Source: Pseudomonadota bacterium
Lineage (GTDB): Bacteria > Bdellovibrionota_B > Oligoflexia > Oligoflexales > RGVZ01
NCBI GenBank assembly: GCA_041178085.1
Contig: JBEGVZ010000006.1
Coordinates: forward strand, 1-64,000
Direction: 5' to 3'
Length of the DNA stretch: 64,000 nucleotides
Notes under the pieces: generated by a model
Told to the model about the DNA's origin: nothing
The model's input: the letters and a program-made list of their open reading frames with translations, nothing else
Database searches by the model: none
Part shown: one piece after another, positions 27,427 to 37,738 of the stretch
Layout: every line of letters begins with the position of its first letter
Numbering within the stretch: position 1 is the stretch's first letter
Translations under genes and position numbers: made by a program

Positions 27427-29907
27427 TCATGACGGATCTTTTTTAATGCCGGGCGCCGGGTCACGCGTCAACGGCAAAAGCCAGCGGTAAACGGCGGCAT
27501 TGCGCATGACGGCCTTGGCATATCCCTTGGTCTCCCCGTACGGGATCCCTTCAAGGAACAGGGTATCATCTTGGACGTCTCTCTGCTTGCGCCAAAGTGC
27601 AGCGGCATACTCACCGGCGTTGTAAGCCGCTGCCATCAACATTTCCGAGGCTGCAAACCGGTCAGCCAGCTGATCCAAAAAGCGCGCCGACAGGCGGATA
27701 CTGGTTGAGGGGTCCATGAGCATGGCCTCGATCGCATCCTCACTGGCAGGAGCCTGATCCCCCAGCAACTTGCGGGCGGTGGCAGGGGTGATCTGCATGT
27801 AACCAAAGGCCCTTGCTGCGCTGAGTGCATCCGATCTGAAACTGCTTTCCTGGCGGGCAATTCCGAGCATTAAAGTCAGGCGTTTTCCAGTCGGGGACGC
27901 ACTGGCAAAGGTCTGGATCCGCGGAATCGGGTAGGCGATCAACAACTGCTCCGGGTATTTGGACCAGAATCCTGGTATCGCGTTGGCAAGAGCAGTCGTC
28001 ATCTCGATGGCCCGTGCGAAATCCCCGCAAGAGTATGCGAGTCGAGATAAATAAAGGAAAACCGAGGGGTTACGGTCCGGGCGCGAGAGTTTTCCGGCAA
28101 CGTCCGCAGCATCCCAAACAGCGCTTCGCGCCCAGCGGCCAAGCCCAGCTTTGACCAGCAACTCGGCTGTCCGCCGCGTCCGGTCGAAATCAGGCCCAAG
28201 TCCCTCCTGGTCACTCGCTCCATCCGTCGCCCAGCCAATCCGGCGCAACCGTGACTTCAACTCACTCAATGACCCAAAGGACTGTTGCCAGGAATCCGCC
28301 GGTAGCAATCCGGCCATCGGAGCCGCAACCACCGAGTAAAAACTCAGTGGCTGTTCCTGTGTTAACGAGCGCAGGTAAAAATCACTTTCCGTCTTTTGCC
28401 CCATTTGCTCGTAGACCCGCGCCATCCAGAACAAGGTGAACGCACGCAGGGAATCATTGCTGCTGTCGCCGCGTGAATCACCAAGGATCTGCTCAAGCCG
28501 ACGCCTTGCCGATGCCATCTGGCCGGCGGCGAATTCATAAATCACTGCCTGGGATTGCAAGCGACGCTGCCAATCCCGGCTGATGGGCAAGGTTTGCAAA
28601 CCATCCTCGGTCAGCAATACGGCCTGGTTCCAGTCCCGCCGCTCAAAGGCAACGCGGAATGCAAGAAAATGCAGGGCCTCACAGCGAAGGTTGGAAAGGT
28701 CGCGCCGGAAGTTCGCCTGGACGAACGCGGGATCGGAAAAACCGCGGGAAATTTTTTCGAGCGCATCGCGCGCAAGTGATTCTGCCCCTGCCAGATCACC
28801 CTCGAGGGACTTCTGCCGGGCAGCCCACAGCAAGTCGTCGATCTGACGCAGGGCGAAAGCGGCCGGATGCATGCCAAGCGCCGCCGCACTCAAGTTGCGA
28901 GCGTGCCAGGCAGAAACCAACACCTCGTAGTCGGGTCCCAGGGTCTCTCGTTCACCCAGAGCGCGCCGTGATTTGATCAACCTGCTAACTGCTTCGAGCC
29001 TGAGCGCAGCAACTTGTGCCGGACTCGACTCCGGTGAATCAAACTTGTCGTCAAGCCATGAAAGCAGTCCTGTCCAAGTGCCGACCGCAGCCTGAAAATG
29101 CTTGTCACACTCCTGCATCACGGCCGTCCAGTACTGGTCCCATGGAGCCTTGAGCTTCTTGCCCCAATCGTCCCACATGACAGACTGCGGTTGTCCACGT
29201 ACAGCGCATGCTTGCTTGATCAAAGAAGCCATCAGGGGATCGTCCCGGTCACGACCGGCGTCTGCAGGAGGACTCGCGGCAGAAGCAGGGGTGCTACCCA
29301 GGTTGGCGGCCGGGTTCAGGACAATCTTTTCTGGATCGGCCGACTGGATGCGCCGGGCGAGCTCCGCCTCAACCAGAAGACCCTGCGTCAACAGGAAGGG
29401 GCTGTCCCGACCCCCGTCCAGAGCTTCGATCGCTTCGCGGGCAACCGCCACGGCATCGCTGCCCGGTTTGGCACTGCGGGCCAGAAAACGCACCCAGTGA
29501 TCAAAAATCATGCGCGATAACCGGCCCTGGGATCCCGTTGAACGCAGCGCGGTGCGCCAGTGCATGCCTGCCGACTGGGGTGATCCCTCCATCTCGGCAA
29601 TTTGCGCCTGCACCGCAGCGCGAACGGGCGCGATAAGAGTCTGATCGGGCGTCGCCTTTTCTCCCTGGCTGCCAGCAACCTTGCCGAGCGCAGCAAGTTG
29701 AGACTTCAGCTCCGCGACAAAGCGGGCAGGATCGCGGACCAGCGTCCGGTCGTGCAATTCGTCGCTCTCATCTTCGCCCCATTCATCGGGCACCAGCGGA
29801 CCATTGGAAAGGTCCATCACCAGAGGCTCGGGCCGGTGGGCGCACGACTCCAGCAATGGCTTCATAGTCACCAGCAGTGACAACAGAATGAGTGAACGGC
29901 TGATCAT
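27427..29907 (-). CDS. Lytic transglycosylase (SLT domain) with TPR-like helical region, possible lipoprotein
   Basis: IARQESSF, GYMQI, AAYNAG, IPYGETKGY; possible lipobox LESC. Confidence 0.9.
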   Translation of the reverse strand: MISRSLILLSLLVTMKPLLESCAHRPEPLVMDLSNGPLVPDEWGEDESDELHDRTLVRDPARFVAELKSQLAALGKVAGSQGEKATPDQTLIAPVRAAVQAQIAEMEGSPQSAGMHWRTALRSTGSQGRLSRMIFDHWVRFLARSAKPGSDAVAVAREAIEALDGGRDSPFLLTQGLLVEAELARRIQSADPEKIVLNPAANLGSTPASAASPPADAGRDRDDPLMASLIKQACAVRGQPQSVMWDDWGKKLKAPWDQYWTAVMQECDKHFQAAVGTWTGLLSWLDDKFDSPESSPAQVAALRLEAVSRLIKSRRALGERETLGPDYEVLVSAWHARNLSAAALGMHPAAFALRQIDDLLWAARQKSLEGDLAGAESLARDALEKISRGFSDPAFVQANFRRDLSNLRCEALHFLAFRVAFERRDWNQAVLLTEDGLQTLPISRDWQRRLQSQAVIYEFAAGQMASARRRLEQILGDSRGDSSNDSLRAFTLFWMARVYEQMGQKTESDFYLRSLTQEQPLSFYSVVAAPMAGLLPADSWQQSFGSLSELKSRLRRIGWATDGASDQEGLGPDFDRTRRTAELLVKAGLGRWARSAVWDAADVAGKLSRPDRNPSVFLYLSRLAYSCGDFARAIEMTTALANAIPGFWSKYPEQLLIAYPIPRIQTFASASPTGKRLTLMLGIARQESSFRSDALSAARAFGYMQITPATARKLLGDQAPASEDAIEAMLMDPSTSIRLSARFLDQLADRFAASEMLMAAAYNAGEYAAALWRKQRDVQDDTLFLEGIPYGETKGYAKAVMRNAAVYRWLLPLTRDPAPGIKKDPS

Positions 29908-31049
29908 TTATCCAATTTGGTCGGGTCGGAAGAAAGAGACAAGTCTTTTGCCAAAGAAAATGCCCTGGGCTTGCCTCCGATGATCGCCACCATCTGAGTC
30001 TGGCCCGACGGGCCGCTCAGCACAAAACGCGACGTTGCAGCCAGGCCTGGTCCGACAGGTAGCGGGATCTGGTAGCTGCTGCGCTGCCTTTGCATCAAGT
30101 CGTAGACTTCCAGTGTGCCGTCGCTGAACAAGTACGCGTGCGAGGACAAACCAACTGAAATCAAAGACAGTTTCCTTGGTGCTGCCACCGGAATTGTCTC
30201 CAGCGCCCGGAAGTCGCCGGAGTCGTGAAAACGGGCAACACTTGATCCGGTCCAGGCTAATACGCTGCCCTTACCCTGGGCGACGCCAAGAAGGGGCGAC
30301 TGTGCCAGCCAAACCTGTCGCGCGGCGGGTACCCGGGGAACGCCTGCGGCACCGCTCGCTTCGTCCTTTTTCGTCGGAGCGACAACGGGTGTGTTGCTGA
30401 GGGTCTGTCCCCGAGCCAGCCAGAGACTACGCGACATGGGTGACCAAAGAACCTTATCTGCCCCTTCGGCGGCGGACGGAAGCGGCAAGGATTGCAGGCG
30501 CTTGCCGTAACGATCGAGATGGATCCAGTGACCTCTGGTCGTCCAGACAATGCGGTCCCCGAAGCCAAACAAACCGGTCGTAACGGGACGTTGCAAGCGT
30601 TCAGGCAACGGGTAGCGCAGGATACGCCCCGATTCCGGTTCAACTTCGAACAGACCATCGCCAGAAGCCACCAGCAAACCACCGGAAACTTCAACCAGGA
30701 TCCGGTCCAGCCGGGGAGCGTCCTTGACTGGAGTGCGCCCTGAATTTTCTTGCGCATCAATCAGGCGATACCTGCGGACCGACTGGTCGCCAATGTTCCA
30801 ACGCCAAAGCGATGTCCGCCCGGCGAGCCAAACTTCGCCAAACACCTGATTGCCCACCGTGGTATCACTGCGCACGGCCAGGTCGGAAAAAGGCTCATCC
30901 GCAGCAAGTTGATCTGCCTGGTAACGTGGCAGAAAAACTTCCGAAACTGAACTGGCGTGAGCAAGCCCGGAAAAGGTAAAGGTCGCGGCAACAGTTGCTG
31001 TTGCAACCAGAAACCCTTTGCCGCCAAATCTGTTCAGTGCTGAAAGCAT
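29904..31049 (-). CDS. Exported hypothetical protein, likely beta-propeller
   Basis: Signal peptide ending AHA; repeated VWLA..SLWRW / LLVA..DGLF / LWLA blade-like strands. Confidence 0.65.
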   Translation of the reverse strand: MLSALNRFGGKGFLVATATVAATFTFSGLAHASSVSEVFLPRYQADQLAADEPFSDLAVRSDTTVGNQVFGEVWLAGRTSLWRWNIGDQSVRRYRLIDAQENSGRTPVKDAPRLDRILVEVSGGLLVASGDGLFEVEPESGRILRYPLPERLQRPVTTGLFGFGDRIVWTTRGHWIHLDRYGKRLQSLPLPSAAEGADKVLWSPMSRSLWLARGQTLSNTPVVAPTKKDEASGAAGVPRVPAARQVWLAQSPLLGVAQGKGSVLAWTGSSVARFHDSGDFRALETIPVAAPRKLSLISVGLSSHAYLFSDGTLEVYDLMQRQRSSYQIPLPVGPGLAATSRFVLSGPSGQTQMVAIIGGKPRAFSLAKDLSLSSDPTKLDK

Positions 31050-32164
31050 TCCACGATTCTAGATAGTGCCAGCCCATCCGGCAAGCCACTCGTCTTAAGG
31101 TCAAGGTCCGCCTTGCCACAGGCGGCCAACGCACGGTCAAACGTGCTGCGAGGTATGCCCGATACATAGCGGACAAGATTGCGGACCACGGCTTGCGGAA
31201 CATGCAGGCGACCAGCAAGTCCCGGGACATCCACCGACCCGCGACGTTCCAGCTCATCCTTGACGTGCAACGCGTTGCGGGCGTGCCGGGCAAGCACGCC
31301 GGTGACTGCAAGGGCGCTTTCGCCGCGGGCGATGAACTGGTGTAGCAATACCTCGACCTGGCCGTAACGCCGGTTGGTTAACAGCTCGTCCAACCTGAAG
31401 ACTTCGTCCTCACGCAAGATGCCAACCACTGCGGCAACCTCTGCCGTGCCAATGTCGGGAATCTCCCGGCCATCTCCAACGTAAACCAGCGACAGCCGCC
31501 TGAGTTCATTATCGAGAAGGACTGCGTCGCGTCCACAGGATGCAAGAATCAAATGTTCCGCCTCTGGGGTCATGCGCATGCGCAGACGCCCGGCAACTGT
31601 CTGAATGAACGCCAGGAAATCCTGATTGGTGAGAGGCTCGGCAACGGCGATGACCTTGCCCCCAAGACGCGTCACCTGGCGTGAAAATTCCGCCGGCAAG
31701 GCCGCCTTTTGACAGGTCATGACAAGATGGTTCGACCACTGCGGGGAGGGCGGCATGGCTGCCAGTAACTTGCCGGTATCGCCCTTCTTTTCACAACGCC
31801 GCATTGCGACCAGTTGGGCATCGTCGAAAAGACCCTGGCTTGAAACCAGGTCGAGCAGTTCATCCGCAGATGTGCTGTCCGCATCAACAGCGTTGACGCT
31901 ATCTGCGCCGCGAGTACGACGCCAGACATCCATCAAGGCACCCAGCGCCCTTGCCAAAAAATAATCCGAGTCCCCGTGCAGGATCATGAGTTGCGGCCAG
32001 GATTCTTTTGCACTTCCAGACACCTCTGAAGAGGACGTTCCGGTTGCATTTCCAGCAAGTTCTCGCAGCAAGGCAGCAAATTCACGCCGGAAAGCTTGAT
32101 AGTCAGGCTTCGGCGCTCCTGCGCGTTCCCGGGTTTTTCCAGATTTTCCGTTGCCAGCTGCCAC
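31034..32164 (-). CDS. holA: DNA polymerase III delta subunit
   Basis: LHGDSDYFL, QGLFDD, LDNELRRL, ADLDLKTSG pattern; start uncertain (GTG 32164 chosen). Confidence 0.85.
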   Translation of the reverse strand: MAAGNGKSGKTRERAGAPKPDYQAFRREFAALLRELAGNATGTSSSEVSGSAKESWPQLMILHGDSDYFLARALGALMDVWRRTRGADSVNAVDADSTSADELLDLVSSQGLFDDAQLVAMRRCEKKGDTGKLLAAMPPSPQWSNHLVMTCQKAALPAEFSRQVTRLGGKVIAVAEPLTNQDFLAFIQTVAGRLRMRMTPEAEHLILASCGRDAVLLDNELRRLSLVYVGDGREIPDIGTAEVAAVVGILREDEVFRLDELLTNRRYGQVEVLLHQFIARGESALAVTGVLARHARNALHVKDELERRGSVDVPGLAGRLHVPQAVVRNLVRYVSGIPRSTFDRALAACGKADLDLKTSGLPDGLALSRIVECFQH

Positions 32165-32226
32165 TTGGCCCACCCAATGCCGTGTCGAAATTCTTTTCTG
32201 GGAGCAATCTGCAACCTTGGCGCCGA

Positions 32227-33849
32227 CTAATCGAGAGAAATCCGCACACCCCATGATTTTTCCAGGGCAGGAATTTCCTTGGCCGCCTTTTGCAAATCAA
32301 GCTTCAGGATCTGTCCGGCGCCCCGCTTTCCAGCTGTAACTACCGATATTTGCAACTGTCCCTTGCGCCGCCTGACCACGACGTCCTTGACCCTGCCCCG
32401 ACGGGTCCGGTTGAGCGCTGCCGACAGGCGAGCGATCCCTGACAAGACGCGCATCGCCTGCCACTCATCAGGCGCCAGGTCCGTGTCGAGTCCCGGGTCC
32501 GGGTGAAGTGGCGGGACTGACTTGCGGTGGTAGCGGGCAATCAGTCCGATGAAACACAACTCATCGCGCGTGAAACCAAGCATCCGGCTATTGGTGACCA
32601 GATACTGGGAGTGCCGGTGAAACGCTTGGGGGCTGATAAAACGGCCGGATTCGAGGACCGACATCCCGTAGCCCAACAAGTCCCTCAAGTGCCGGCGGTC
32701 CTCTGCGGAAAAATGCCCGAGCATGTGGGATGCGCACTGGTCAAAAATACGCAATGCCAGACGGTTGAGGTTCCGCACCTGAAAAGGCTCCACCGCAAAG
32801 CGTTCGGCGAACGCCTGCACGCTCTCGGCACGGGTGTCTCCGCCGGGCATCTGGCGACCGGGTTCCAGTCGCCGCCACGTGTCGATGACAATTCCTTCCC
32901 GCAAACCCCACGTCGAAATCCACCACTGGGCGACCCCGAAACCGCGGCTCATGGCCAGCAAAAGCTCCGCACCGGCCAGGATGATTTCTGAGCGGGAGCC
33001 ATCAAGGCCTGTCTCTGTGCGGATCTTCTGAGGGTCGCGCATGCGCCGCAACCCGGACGTGACGTGTTCAAGGTCCGGGACGCGCAGGATCTGGCCATTC
33101 AGGTCTCCGCCGCTCCTGACCCGCATGGTCCTGGGGTTGATCGACGCGAGCGCCTTCGCAGTTCCCGATGAGGCCACAGCCACCTTGAACCTCTGCCCGG
33201 CTCCTTCAACCAGCGCGGCATCGACACGCAGGGCAATGTCCTCGCGCAGTTTTTCCAGGTCAGCAGCAGACGGTTTCCTGAGCAAGTCATGTTGCACTGC
33301 GAGTGTCACCGCCCCCAACTTGAGCGACGAAACATGAGAGATGCGGTCATCGCGCCCGAAGAGGATTTCTGTGCTGCCACCCCCGATGTCCAGGGCAAGG
33401 ACTGGCCTGCGCTCAAGGGGCAGGCCCTGGCGCATGCCGAGAAACACAAGGCGCGCTTCCTCGTGGCCATCAATGACCTCGATCCTGATCCCGGTCGCCT
33501 TGAACACCGCCTCGATTAGCTCCGCATGATTGGCGGACTCCCGGACAGCGTGGGTGGCGATGGCGCGAATGTGACAGGGCCAAGCCGCGCAGATTTCAAG
33601 CATCTGCTTCATCGTGGCGACCGTCTTGCGGATCCCGTCGCGGTCGATCTCACCGCGGGCATTGACATGCTGGCCAAGGCGCACCGTCACCTTGTCGGTG
33701 TCCAGAATCTTGACGTGGCCCCGGGAATTGACCGCAGCAACCACCAGATGGATCGAGTTCGTCCCGATATCAAAGGCGGCGATGATGTGCCCACCAGGAC
33801 CCAGTTGTTGCTTCTCATTGGCTGCAGCCTGGCTTAAAGTAGCCGTCAT
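32227..33849 (-). CDS. ppx: Ppx/GppA family exopolyphosphatase
   Basis: DIGTNSIHL, VRLG, IATHAVRE, EEARL, DIGGGSTE, GLREG, C-terminal HD-like region with ARYHRK. Confidence 0.93.
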   Translation of the reverse strand: MTATLSQAAANEKQQLGPGGHIIAAFDIGTNSIHLVVAAVNSRGHVKILDTDKVTVRLGQHVNARGEIDRDGIRKTVATMKQMLEICAAWPCHIRAIATHAVRESANHAELIEAVFKATGIRIEVIDGHEEARLVFLGMRQGLPLERRPVLALDIGGGSTEILFGRDDRISHVSSLKLGAVTLAVQHDLLRKPSAADLEKLREDIALRVDAALVEGAGQRFKVAVASSGTAKALASINPRTMRVRSGGDLNGQILRVPDLEHVTSGLRRMRDPQKIRTETGLDGSRSEIILAGAELLLAMSRGFGVAQWWISTWGLREGIVIDTWRRLEPGRQMPGGDTRAESVQAFAERFAVEPFQVRNLNRLALRIFDQCASHMLGHFSAEDRRHLRDLLGYGMSVLESGRFISPQAFHRHSQYLVTNSRMLGFTRDELCFIGLIARYHRKSVPPLHPDPGLDTDLAPDEWQAMRVLSGIARLSAALNRTRRGRVKDVVVRRRKGQLQISVVTAGKRGAGQILKLDLQKAAKEIPALEKSWGVRISLD

Positions 33850-35215
33850 GAAAAATTCCCTGAAAAAGTCCAGATCCTTGCTGTGCCTGACCGCCCTTGG
33901 CGCAATGACCATTGTGGCATCCTGCGGCGGCGAATCAAAGAAACAACCCACTTCCGCGTCGACTGGTCCTGCGGGACGCCAGTTCAGCAGCGACCTGAAA
34001 TACTACGATGGTCGTCCCACTTTGTCGCTTGATGGGCTGAAGATGGTCTTCGAATCGGGGCGGACCGGAAACGGAGTGCGGATTTTTAAAGCCGGACTTC
34101 CATCCGACCCGTCCCCGGACACCGCGGCGCCTGACGCGCCATCGCGCCTGACCGGCGATGATTCCCTGGCCTCGGAAACCAACCCGGTGGTCTCCGCAGA
34201 CGGCGCGCGCGTCGCCCTCATCGGGACCGACGCCTCTGGTAACCGCAGCGCCTGGTCGGTGCCATGGGCAGGTGGAGCTGCCACGATGTTGTCGGTATCC
34301 GGAGAACAAGTCTTCGACCTGGGATTCAGTCCGGATTCCGCACTTTTCGCTTACGGGTCAATCCTTGCTTCAGGCGCAACCGCAGTGACCGTGGTCGACA
34401 CGGCGAACCCGCAGACGCGGGGCACACTCACAACTGGAGCGCGGAAAGTCGGAGGGCTACGCTGGCTTGCCACCGGCGCGGGCTACAAACTTGCAACGAT
34501 CAGCCTGTCCGGAGCGACAGGTGTTTCCGTGACAAACATCGAGACCTGGACGTTCAACAATGTCGCAGGTGTCGCCGCAGCTGCCGCAACCACACTGACC
34601 GGGAAGGCGACGGTTGCAGCGCAGGACGATCTCTCCGCGTGGCTTACACAAGATGCCAACAAAATCATCACAGTCCAATCACTGACACCATCGGCGGACC
34701 GCTCGGTGGGGGAAATCGGGCCGGGAGCCCTCAGCGAACGGAAAATATTTGCCAGACAGGAGCTTCTCTTCCTCGATCCTGGAACCGGGGCCGAGTCTGT
34801 TGGCGACAACCCGCAGGGCGATGTGATTCTCGGGGTTTCAGCCTCGCAGAATCTGACTTTGGTCGCGGTCAACGAAACCACGCGCTGTCTGGCCGGGGGC
34901 CTTTCCAGTCGGGCATCCATTCTGAAAGTTTCGGCAACCCCGGCAACAGCATCGAGCTTTGAACGCCTGGTGGTACGCAAAACATCGACCGGGAAAACCT
35001 TTGATCTGGTCAGCGACCCATGTGATGTGACCCTTGTCACCGAAGGAGCCGCATTGGACCTTGCCGCGGGCGAAGCCGTGATCAGTGGCGGCGCCATCAC
35101 CGGCAACCTCACCGTTGCCTATGTCTCTGTGATAACAGGGGATCCGGAAGTGCTGGTTATACGCAGGGGCTCGGGCAGCACGAAAGTGTGGGATGTATCT
35201 GCCAACAGCCTTTAA
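33848..35215 (+). CDS. TolB-like (PD40) beta-propeller lipoprotein
   Basis: MKNSLKKSRSLLCLTALGAMTIVAS-C lipoprotein signal; PTLSLDG..VFES, PVVSADG, FSPDS repeats. Confidence 0.8.
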   Translation: MKNSLKKSRSLLCLTALGAMTIVASCGGESKKQPTSASTGPAGRQFSSDLKYYDGRPTLSLDGLKMVFESGRTGNGVRIFKAGLPSDPSPDTAAPDAPSRLTGDDSLASETNPVVSADGARVALIGTDASGNRSAWSVPWAGGAATMLSVSGEQVFDLGFSPDSALFAYGSILASGATAVTVVDTANPQTRGTLTTGARKVGGLRWLATGAGYKLATISLSGATGVSVTNIETWTFNNVAGVAAAAATTLTGKATVAAQDDLSAWLTQDANKIITVQSLTPSADRSVGEIGPGALSERKIFARQELLFLDPGTGAESVGDNPQGDVILGVSASQNLTLVAVNETTRCLAGGLSSRASILKVSATPATASSFERLVVRKTSTGKTFDLVSDPCDVTLVTEGAALDLAAGEAVISGGAITGNLTVAYVSVITGDPEVLVIRRGSGSTKVWDVSANSL

Positions 35216-36249
35216 GTACGACCGGCCAACACCTGCCGTGCCAGGCTGATGTCTGTCGCAATCTGGGCTTTCAGTTCGTCTAATGAGCCGAATTTGATCT
35301 CATCACGCAGGCGGGCGGAAAAGTAAATCCGCGCAGCCCGGCCGTAAAGGGAATCGAGCGGGATTTCCTGATCGAGGACATGCGCCTCAATCGAAAGAGC
35401 CGACTTCCCGGATTGTTCCACGGTGGGACGAAAACCAACATTGACCACGCACGGCATGGCCGCGGCATCAACCGCAAGCAATGAAGGTTTGAAGCCTGCA
35501 TCACGGCGAACGAAAAAACCCGCATAAACACCTGGGCGCGGCAACACCTGGGCGAGCGGCTTGAGGTTGGCTGTGGGCACCCCGATGCGCCGGCCGTTCC
35601 GGGCCCCGGAAACGATCTCGCCATCCAGCGCAAATTCCCGGCCAAGCAGGTTTTTCGCCAGCTGGACATTGCCTGAAAGGGAGATTTCACGACGGATCGT
35701 GCTGCTGCTGGCGCGGACCCCGTGGCAAGTCACCGCCTCGACGCGCAAGAATTTGATGCTTGCCGAAGCGCATTGCCGGGCCAGCCAGCTGGCATCTCCA
35801 CTACGACCAGCCCCGAAACGAAAATCATCACCCACGACAACACCGGCGCAACCCGTAGCACGAATCAAGTCAAAGAAACGATCCGGCGGCAACTCACTGA
35901 ATTCGCGATCAAATGTCTGAACCACAAAGTGATCGACGCCGAGCTCTGCCATCGCCTCAGCCTTCTGCTCTTCGGTAAACAGCGAAGCAAGATCGCTGTC
36001 ATTTCCGGACCTTTTAAAAAATACTGCCGGTCTGGGAGAAAAAGTCAGGCAAGCGACCTCTGCGCCGCCTGCACCATCCAACAGACCCCTCGCTGCCGTG
36101 ACGAGAGCCTGATGGCCAAGATGACAACCGTCGAAATTACCTATGGTTATCACCAATGGGCGGTGCGTGGCCGCTTCAGTGCTGCCGCGCGCGATGGAAT
36201 TGATGGACCGGTAGATCTGCAAGTCTGGCTTCCGGATTTGCACGCGCAC
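35212..36249 (-). CDS. ribF: Bifunctional riboflavin kinase/FAD synthetase
   Basis: IGNFDGCHLGH, GDDFRFG, SSSTIR, GRRIGVPTAN, NVGFRPT, IEAH, LRDEIKF. Confidence 0.95.
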   Translation of the reverse strand: MRVQIRKPDLQIYRSINSIARGSTEAATHRPLVITIGNFDGCHLGHQALVTAARGLLDGAGGAEVACLTFSPRPAVFFKRSGNDSDLASLFTEEQKAEAMAELGVDHFVVQTFDREFSELPPDRFFDLIRATGCAGVVVGDDFRFGAGRSGDASWLARQCASASIKFLRVEAVTCHGVRASSSTIRREISLSGNVQLAKNLLGREFALDGEIVSGARNGRRIGVPTANLKPLAQVLPRPGVYAGFFVRRDAGFKPSLLAVDAAAMPCVVNVGFRPTVEQSGKSALSIEAHVLDQEIPLDSLYGRAARIYFSARLRDEIKFGSLDELKAQIATDISLARQVLAGRT

Positions 36250-36284
36250 TTGAGCGCGCGGCGCACTTTCAACTAGGCAATTTC

Positions 36285-36908
36285 ATGAATTATGTTAAAC
36301 ACCCCGTCATGAACGGGCTCATCTCCATTACAGGCGCATCCACCGGCTTGGCAAGTCGCTTGAGCGTTTCTGCGTTCGCCCCTGCCTTGACGGCGCTGGG
36401 AGCTGAAGGGGTTTTGAGCTTGTCCGCCCAGTCAACCACCGACCGGGTGCTCGACCTGGCCACAGAATTAGCCATTTATGCGGCCGCATTGTTCGTGATT
36501 TCAATCGTTTCGCTGAGCCTGTGGTCGACATTGACCTCCCCAAGGACAGCCATTGGGCGACTGCTCACCAGTTTCCGCATCGATCACCTGTACATGGACG
36601 TTGGCCTGTTCTGGAACCAGCGCGCTGGCAATGCAGGCAAGGCATTCCTGCGAACACTTAGCCCGCGCCGCGCCGTGATTGTTGCCAATAATGTCCCTGC
36701 AAACATGCCGCCTGTTTCAGGTCAGCAAGCAGAAATCTCGCTGCCCGGTTTTGCCGCACCCTTGGCCGGAAGAATCGTCCGCGCGACCCCGGTGAGCGAC
36801 CTTGCCGGAACATTCACCGTAGAGATTGCTTTCGATCAGATGGGCAGCGAGACAAAAGCCGACCTGATTTCCTTCATCAGTGACCTCAGGCGTCCGCTCA
36901 GGGCATGA
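36285..36908 (+). CDS. Membrane protein with degenerate PilZ-like domain
   Basis: Single TM, then a PilZ-like beta region (AGRIVR...VEIAF...LISFI); c-di-GMP-binding motifs not intact. Confidence 0.55.
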   Translation: MNYVKHPVMNGLISITGASTGLASRLSVSAFAPALTALGAEGVLSLSAQSTTDRVLDLATELAIYAAALFVISIVSLSLWSTLTSPRTAIGRLLTSFRIDHLYMDVGLFWNQRAGNAGKAFLRTLSPRRAVIVANNVPANMPPVSGQQAEISLPGFAAPLAGRIVRATPVSDLAGTFTVEIAFDQMGSETKADLISFISDLRRPLRA

Positions 36909-37738
36909 GCGTCAATCGCATCATGCAACTTGGCTTGATCGGCCGCGGAATCCACTACAGCCTGTCCCCGGTAATTCACCAGACCGCAGCGCGATGGATC
37001 GGTATCGAGGCTTCCTACCAGCTCCATGACCTCAACTCCGCCGATGAAGTCAGGCGCTTTCTGAGATTGGCCTGGGAAGATGGCGCATGCGGATTCAATG
37101 TCACGCAGCCGTGGAAACTCCTGTTCGGCAGTGTGCCGGTGAACACGCTTTACAGGGCACCACACATCAACTCGTGGTCCACCACTTCGACCGATGGCGA
37201 AGGTTTCCTCAAAGGCTTGTCAAAGATCGGGTGCGTCCCGGCGTCAATCCGGCGCATGATTTTTCTTGGCGCCGGTGCCGTCGTGTCTTCTATTGTTGAC
37301 GCCGTATCCAGGGAATGTGACGTGGCACCGGAAGTCCATTGCCTGCACCGAAACGCACCGGGCACTGCGCAGGAGCGATCCACCTGGCACTCCCACGGAT
37401 GGAACCCATCCGCGCTAGCAAGGCTTCTGGCAGAACACTGCCCGGGGACAATCTTGATTCAGGCGACACCTCTGCCACTTCTCGGTGATCCCATGGCCGG
37501 GTTTGCTGACACAATTGCAAAGCACAGGCAATCGGGCCAACTTTGGGTCGTCGACCTTTGCTATGGCAAACACTCACTTATGGTCGATATGGCGGCAGGG
37601 GAAGGTATTCCGGCACAAGATGGACTGCCGATGCTGATAGAACAAGCGCGCTCTGCCCAGGAAATCTGGTGGGGCAAGAGCGCGCCTTACGAAACTCTCG
37701 AAGAAGCTTGTCTTACATCTCTACGTCAACGTGGATAA
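36905..37738 (+). CDS. aroE: Shikimate dehydrogenase family protein
   Basis: GLIG..I.YSLSPVIH, GFNVTQPWK, VNT, STDGEGF, LGAG, DLCY, DGLPMLIEQA. Confidence 0.88.
   Translation: MSVNRIMQLGLIGRGIHYSLSPVIHQTAARWIGIEASYQLHDLNSADEVRRFLRLAWEDGACGFNVTQPWKLLFGSVPVNTLYRAPHINSWSTTSTDGEGFLKGLSKIGCVPASIRRMIFLGAGAVVSSIVDAVSRECDVAPEVHCLHRNAPGTAQERSTWHSHGWNPSALARLLAEHCPGTILIQATPLPLLGDPMAGFADTIAKHRQSGQLWVVDLCYGKHSLMVDMAAGEGIPAQDGLPMLIEQARSAQEIWWGKSAPYETLEEACLTSLRQRG

Noticed and set aside
33614..33951. Longer starts for ppx (33951) and the TolB-like gene (33614)
   Set aside because: The extensions are antisense to each other's coding regions; the signal peptide and Ppx motifs begin near 33848.
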